From contig JBEKHB010000012.1 in NCBI GenBank assembly GCA_050012495.1, forward strand, positions 5,874 through 69,873: DNA of 64,000 bases, given 5' to 3'. Under the pieces are notes generated by a model. The model saw only the letters and a list, made by a program, of their open reading frames with translations. It was not told the origin of the DNA and ran no database searches. Shown in pieces: positions 62,871 to 64,000 of the stretch (the stretch's first letter is position 1; the number at the start of each line of letters is the position of its first letter). The DNA comes from Syntrophorhabdales bacterium (lineage in GTDB: Bacteria > Desulfobacterota > Syntrophorhabdia > Syntrophorhabdales > WCHB1-27). Both the position numbers and the translations under genes were made by a program.

Positions 62871-62950
62871 GAAAGTTCCTGGCGTGTCATGCTTTCCGAC
62901 CCTTTACCCTAAAACTGCGAAGGCTTGAGGATGACACGGCAAGAACTTTC
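62871..62950 (-). promoter_or_regulatory. Long imperfect inverted repeat (20-nt arms, 40-nt loop) filling the gvpA-downstream intergenic region and covering the next gene's RBS
   Basis: GAAAGTTCCTGGCGTGTCAT (62871-62890) versus ATGACACGGCAAGAACTTTC (62931-62950). As RNA this gives 18 Watson-Crick pairs, 1 GU pair and 1 mismatch. The promoter-distal arm ends 3 nt before start codon 62867 and contains the AGGAA RBS. Confidence 0.75.
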
Positions 62951-62984
62951 ATCCGCTTTTGCTCGGCTGAGCCTGGTAAAGCCT

Positions 62985-63191
62985 TTACGCTGCCGTCGCG
63001 GTAAGGCCGATCGCCTCGGCATACTTCAGATAGGTCTCCACTGACGCCACAACAACCCTGGCTTCAATGGCAAGTATTTCTATACCTACCAGAGAAACCC
63101 TCACCCATGCATCGACGACCACACCCTTGTCAAGAATTCTGTCGATGACTTCCACTAAACTGGACGATGCTATTGCCTTTTCCACTGCCAT
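62985..63191 (-). CDS. gvpA: Major gas vesicle structural protein GvpA
   Basis: [63 protein letters not shown] is the near-canonical GvpA sequence. GGAGGTG RBS. Confidence 0.97.
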   Translation of the reverse strand: MAVEKAIASSSLVEVIDRILDKGVVVDAWVRVSLVGIEILAIEARVVVASVETYLKYAEAIGLTATAA

Positions 63192-63273
63192 AATCTCACC
63201 TCCGTTTTTTATTCCGCTTTTTTAAGGGGAGCGGTGAACCCGACCTTTTTTTGAGACCAGCCACCATCGCCTG

Positions 63274-63324
63274 CGTGACGTTCTCTTCAGCGTGACGTTC
63301 TCTTCAGCGTGACGTTCTCTTCAG
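63274..63324. repeat. Three perfect tandem copies of a 17-bp unit upstream of gvpA (candidate activator/repressor sites)
   Basis: CGTGACGTTCTCTTCAG at 63274-63290, 63291-63307 and 63308-63324, placed 83-133 nt upstream of the gvpA start. Each unit carries a TGACGT core. Confidence 0.95.
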
Positions 63325-63429
63325 AAAGCAGCGCGTTTTTGACAGCTTGCTTTTCTTTTGCTTCCTACTTTTCAATGTAAATATGGCTGCATCGATATTC
63401 AAGGACACCGGGTACATTTGCACACGGTA

Positions 63430-63514
63430 ATGTCTTTTTTGTCAGACATTTATGCCCAATTGGCGCTCTATGTCTTTTTTGCAGATATTCATGCCGTATC
63501 GATGCCGAATTGGC
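63430..63514. repeat. Imperfect direct repeat pair further upstream of gvpA
   Basis: ATGTCTTTTTTG at 63430-63441 and 63470-63481. Each copy is followed downstream by ATGCC...AATTGGC (CCAATTGGC at 63456-63464, CGAATTGGC at 63506-63514). Confidence 0.7.
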
Positions 63515-63609
63515 CTACCGGATGCTTTTCGAGCAGGTGATGGTCTCTGGTTCCTGTAAAAAAGTGGGGGCGCCATTATGAGCGCGCCCGGTCCTTTCCT
63601 CGCCTGCGC

Positions 63610-64000
63610 CTATTTTTCCGTCTTTGACGCAGCGACTATCCTTCTTCGTACCTTTTTCCATGAATCGGTGACAAGGAAGCTCTCCTCCATGTTCTCCACC
63701 ATGCGCACGAATTTCTTCATAGGCACCGCCAGAGTGACAACGTCGGCCGGCACGCAGGGGCGCGCCGAGACGTCTAGCATCCCGATGACCGCCCGAGGTT
63801 TTTCGGCGTCTTTCTCACGATAGGGGTACTGTACGATGGTCGAACAACCCGCGCCGAAAGGCGAGAAGACGGCATCGACGTCCGCCTCGTCGAAGGCGGC
63901 GAGAGTGAAGAGGCCGGAGAGGACGTCAGGTGCGGCGAAGAAGATAACCACGTCGGGGTAGTCCGATTCTGCAAGCCTATCCCATCGCTTGAACACGATG
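63610..64000 (-). CDS. DUF169-family protein, N-terminus beyond the window edge
   Basis: PDVVIFFAAPDVLSGLFTLAAF...FGAGCSTIV resembles DUF169 proteins. The reading frame stays open past the track GVG start at 63996 to the window end. GC-rich, like the backbone. Confidence 0.55.
   Translation of the reverse strand, partial: IVFKRWDRLAESDYPDVVIFFAAPDVLSGLFTLAAFDEADVDAVFSPFGAGCSTIVQYPYREKDAEKPRAVIGMLDVSARPCVPADVVTLAVPMKKFVRMVENMEESFLVTDSWKKVRRRIVAASKTEK

Noticed and set aside
63274-63324. A CRISPR array (this repeat, and also the 27-bp repeat at 3950-4008)
   Set aside because: The units are directly adjacent or only 5 nt apart with no unique spacers, there are only 2-3 copies, and no cas genes are in the window.
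1-64000. tRNA and rRNA genes
   Set aside because: No T-loop or anticodon-arm patterns and no rRNA-like conserved blocks were noticed in the intergenic regions. This was an eye scan only, so a tRNAscan/Infernal run would be needed for a firm negative.

Overview
This 64-kb bacterial window has mosaic GC content. Hand counts of single 60-nt lines gave about 67% at 5401, 48% at 20401, 75% at 48301 and 40% at 54601. The gene content looks like an anaerobic organism that degrades aromatic compounds or fatty acids and resembles a deltaproteobacterium, but the taxon cannot be determined from the sequence alone.

Layout:
(1) 1-10.2 kb, GC-rich backbone. It holds a truncated RCC1/Ig-like surface protein and a rhodanese with an in-frame TGA at the catalytic Cys position plus a SECIS-like hairpin, which makes it a candidate selenoprotein. 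It also holds a MauE-like membrane protein, an MBL hydrolase, a cNMP-binding protein, a large GAF-PAS-GGDEF cyclase, a five-gene operon (two unknowns, HNH, HIT, nucleoside-phosphorylase-like), and decayed IS66 and SDR fragments.
(2) 10.2-38.7 kb, a lower-GC catabolic island with two parts. The first is an acyl-CoA module: family III CoA-transferase, hydroxyacyl-CoA dehydrogenase, two crotonases, an HMGCS-like/DUF35 fusion with an SCP-x thiolase, an amidohydrolase, a B12 acyl-CoA mutase, a fused family I CoA-transferase, and a MaoC hydratase. The second is an aromatic-type module: MFS transporter, OYE-family reductase, EntE-like aryl-CoA ligase, the two halves of a phenylphosphate-synthase-like enzyme, a UPF0261 protein, an ACMSD-family (de)carboxylase, an acyl-CoA synthetase, and a TetR regulator.
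(3) 38.9-50.4 kb, GC-rich backbone: a PaaK-type ligase followed by an abutting 51-codon ORF, a 1.25-kb ORF-poor gap, a PAS-GGDEF protein with a degenerate site, IclR, motAB behind a sigma-28-type promoter, a degenerate REC/HD-GYP protein, and glgP.
(4) 50.5-63.5 kb, a low-GC gas-vesicle (gvp) island on the minus strand. In transcription order it encodes gvpA, a coiled-coil protein, a GvpC-like protein with 33-aa repeats, gvpN, an unknown, an sHsp, a Get3/ArsA-type ATPase, a Cdc48-type AAA+ protein, a GvpF/L-J-domain fusion, two further GvpF/L genes, gvpG, gvpO, a fourth GvpF/L, a GvpJ-GvpK fusion, a GvpJ/M-like protein and an unknown.

The most interesting candidates are the chaperone/unfoldase module embedded in the gvp operon and the phenylphosphate-synthase-like plus ACMSD-carboxylase gene set. 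No rRNA, tRNA or CRISPR array was seen.
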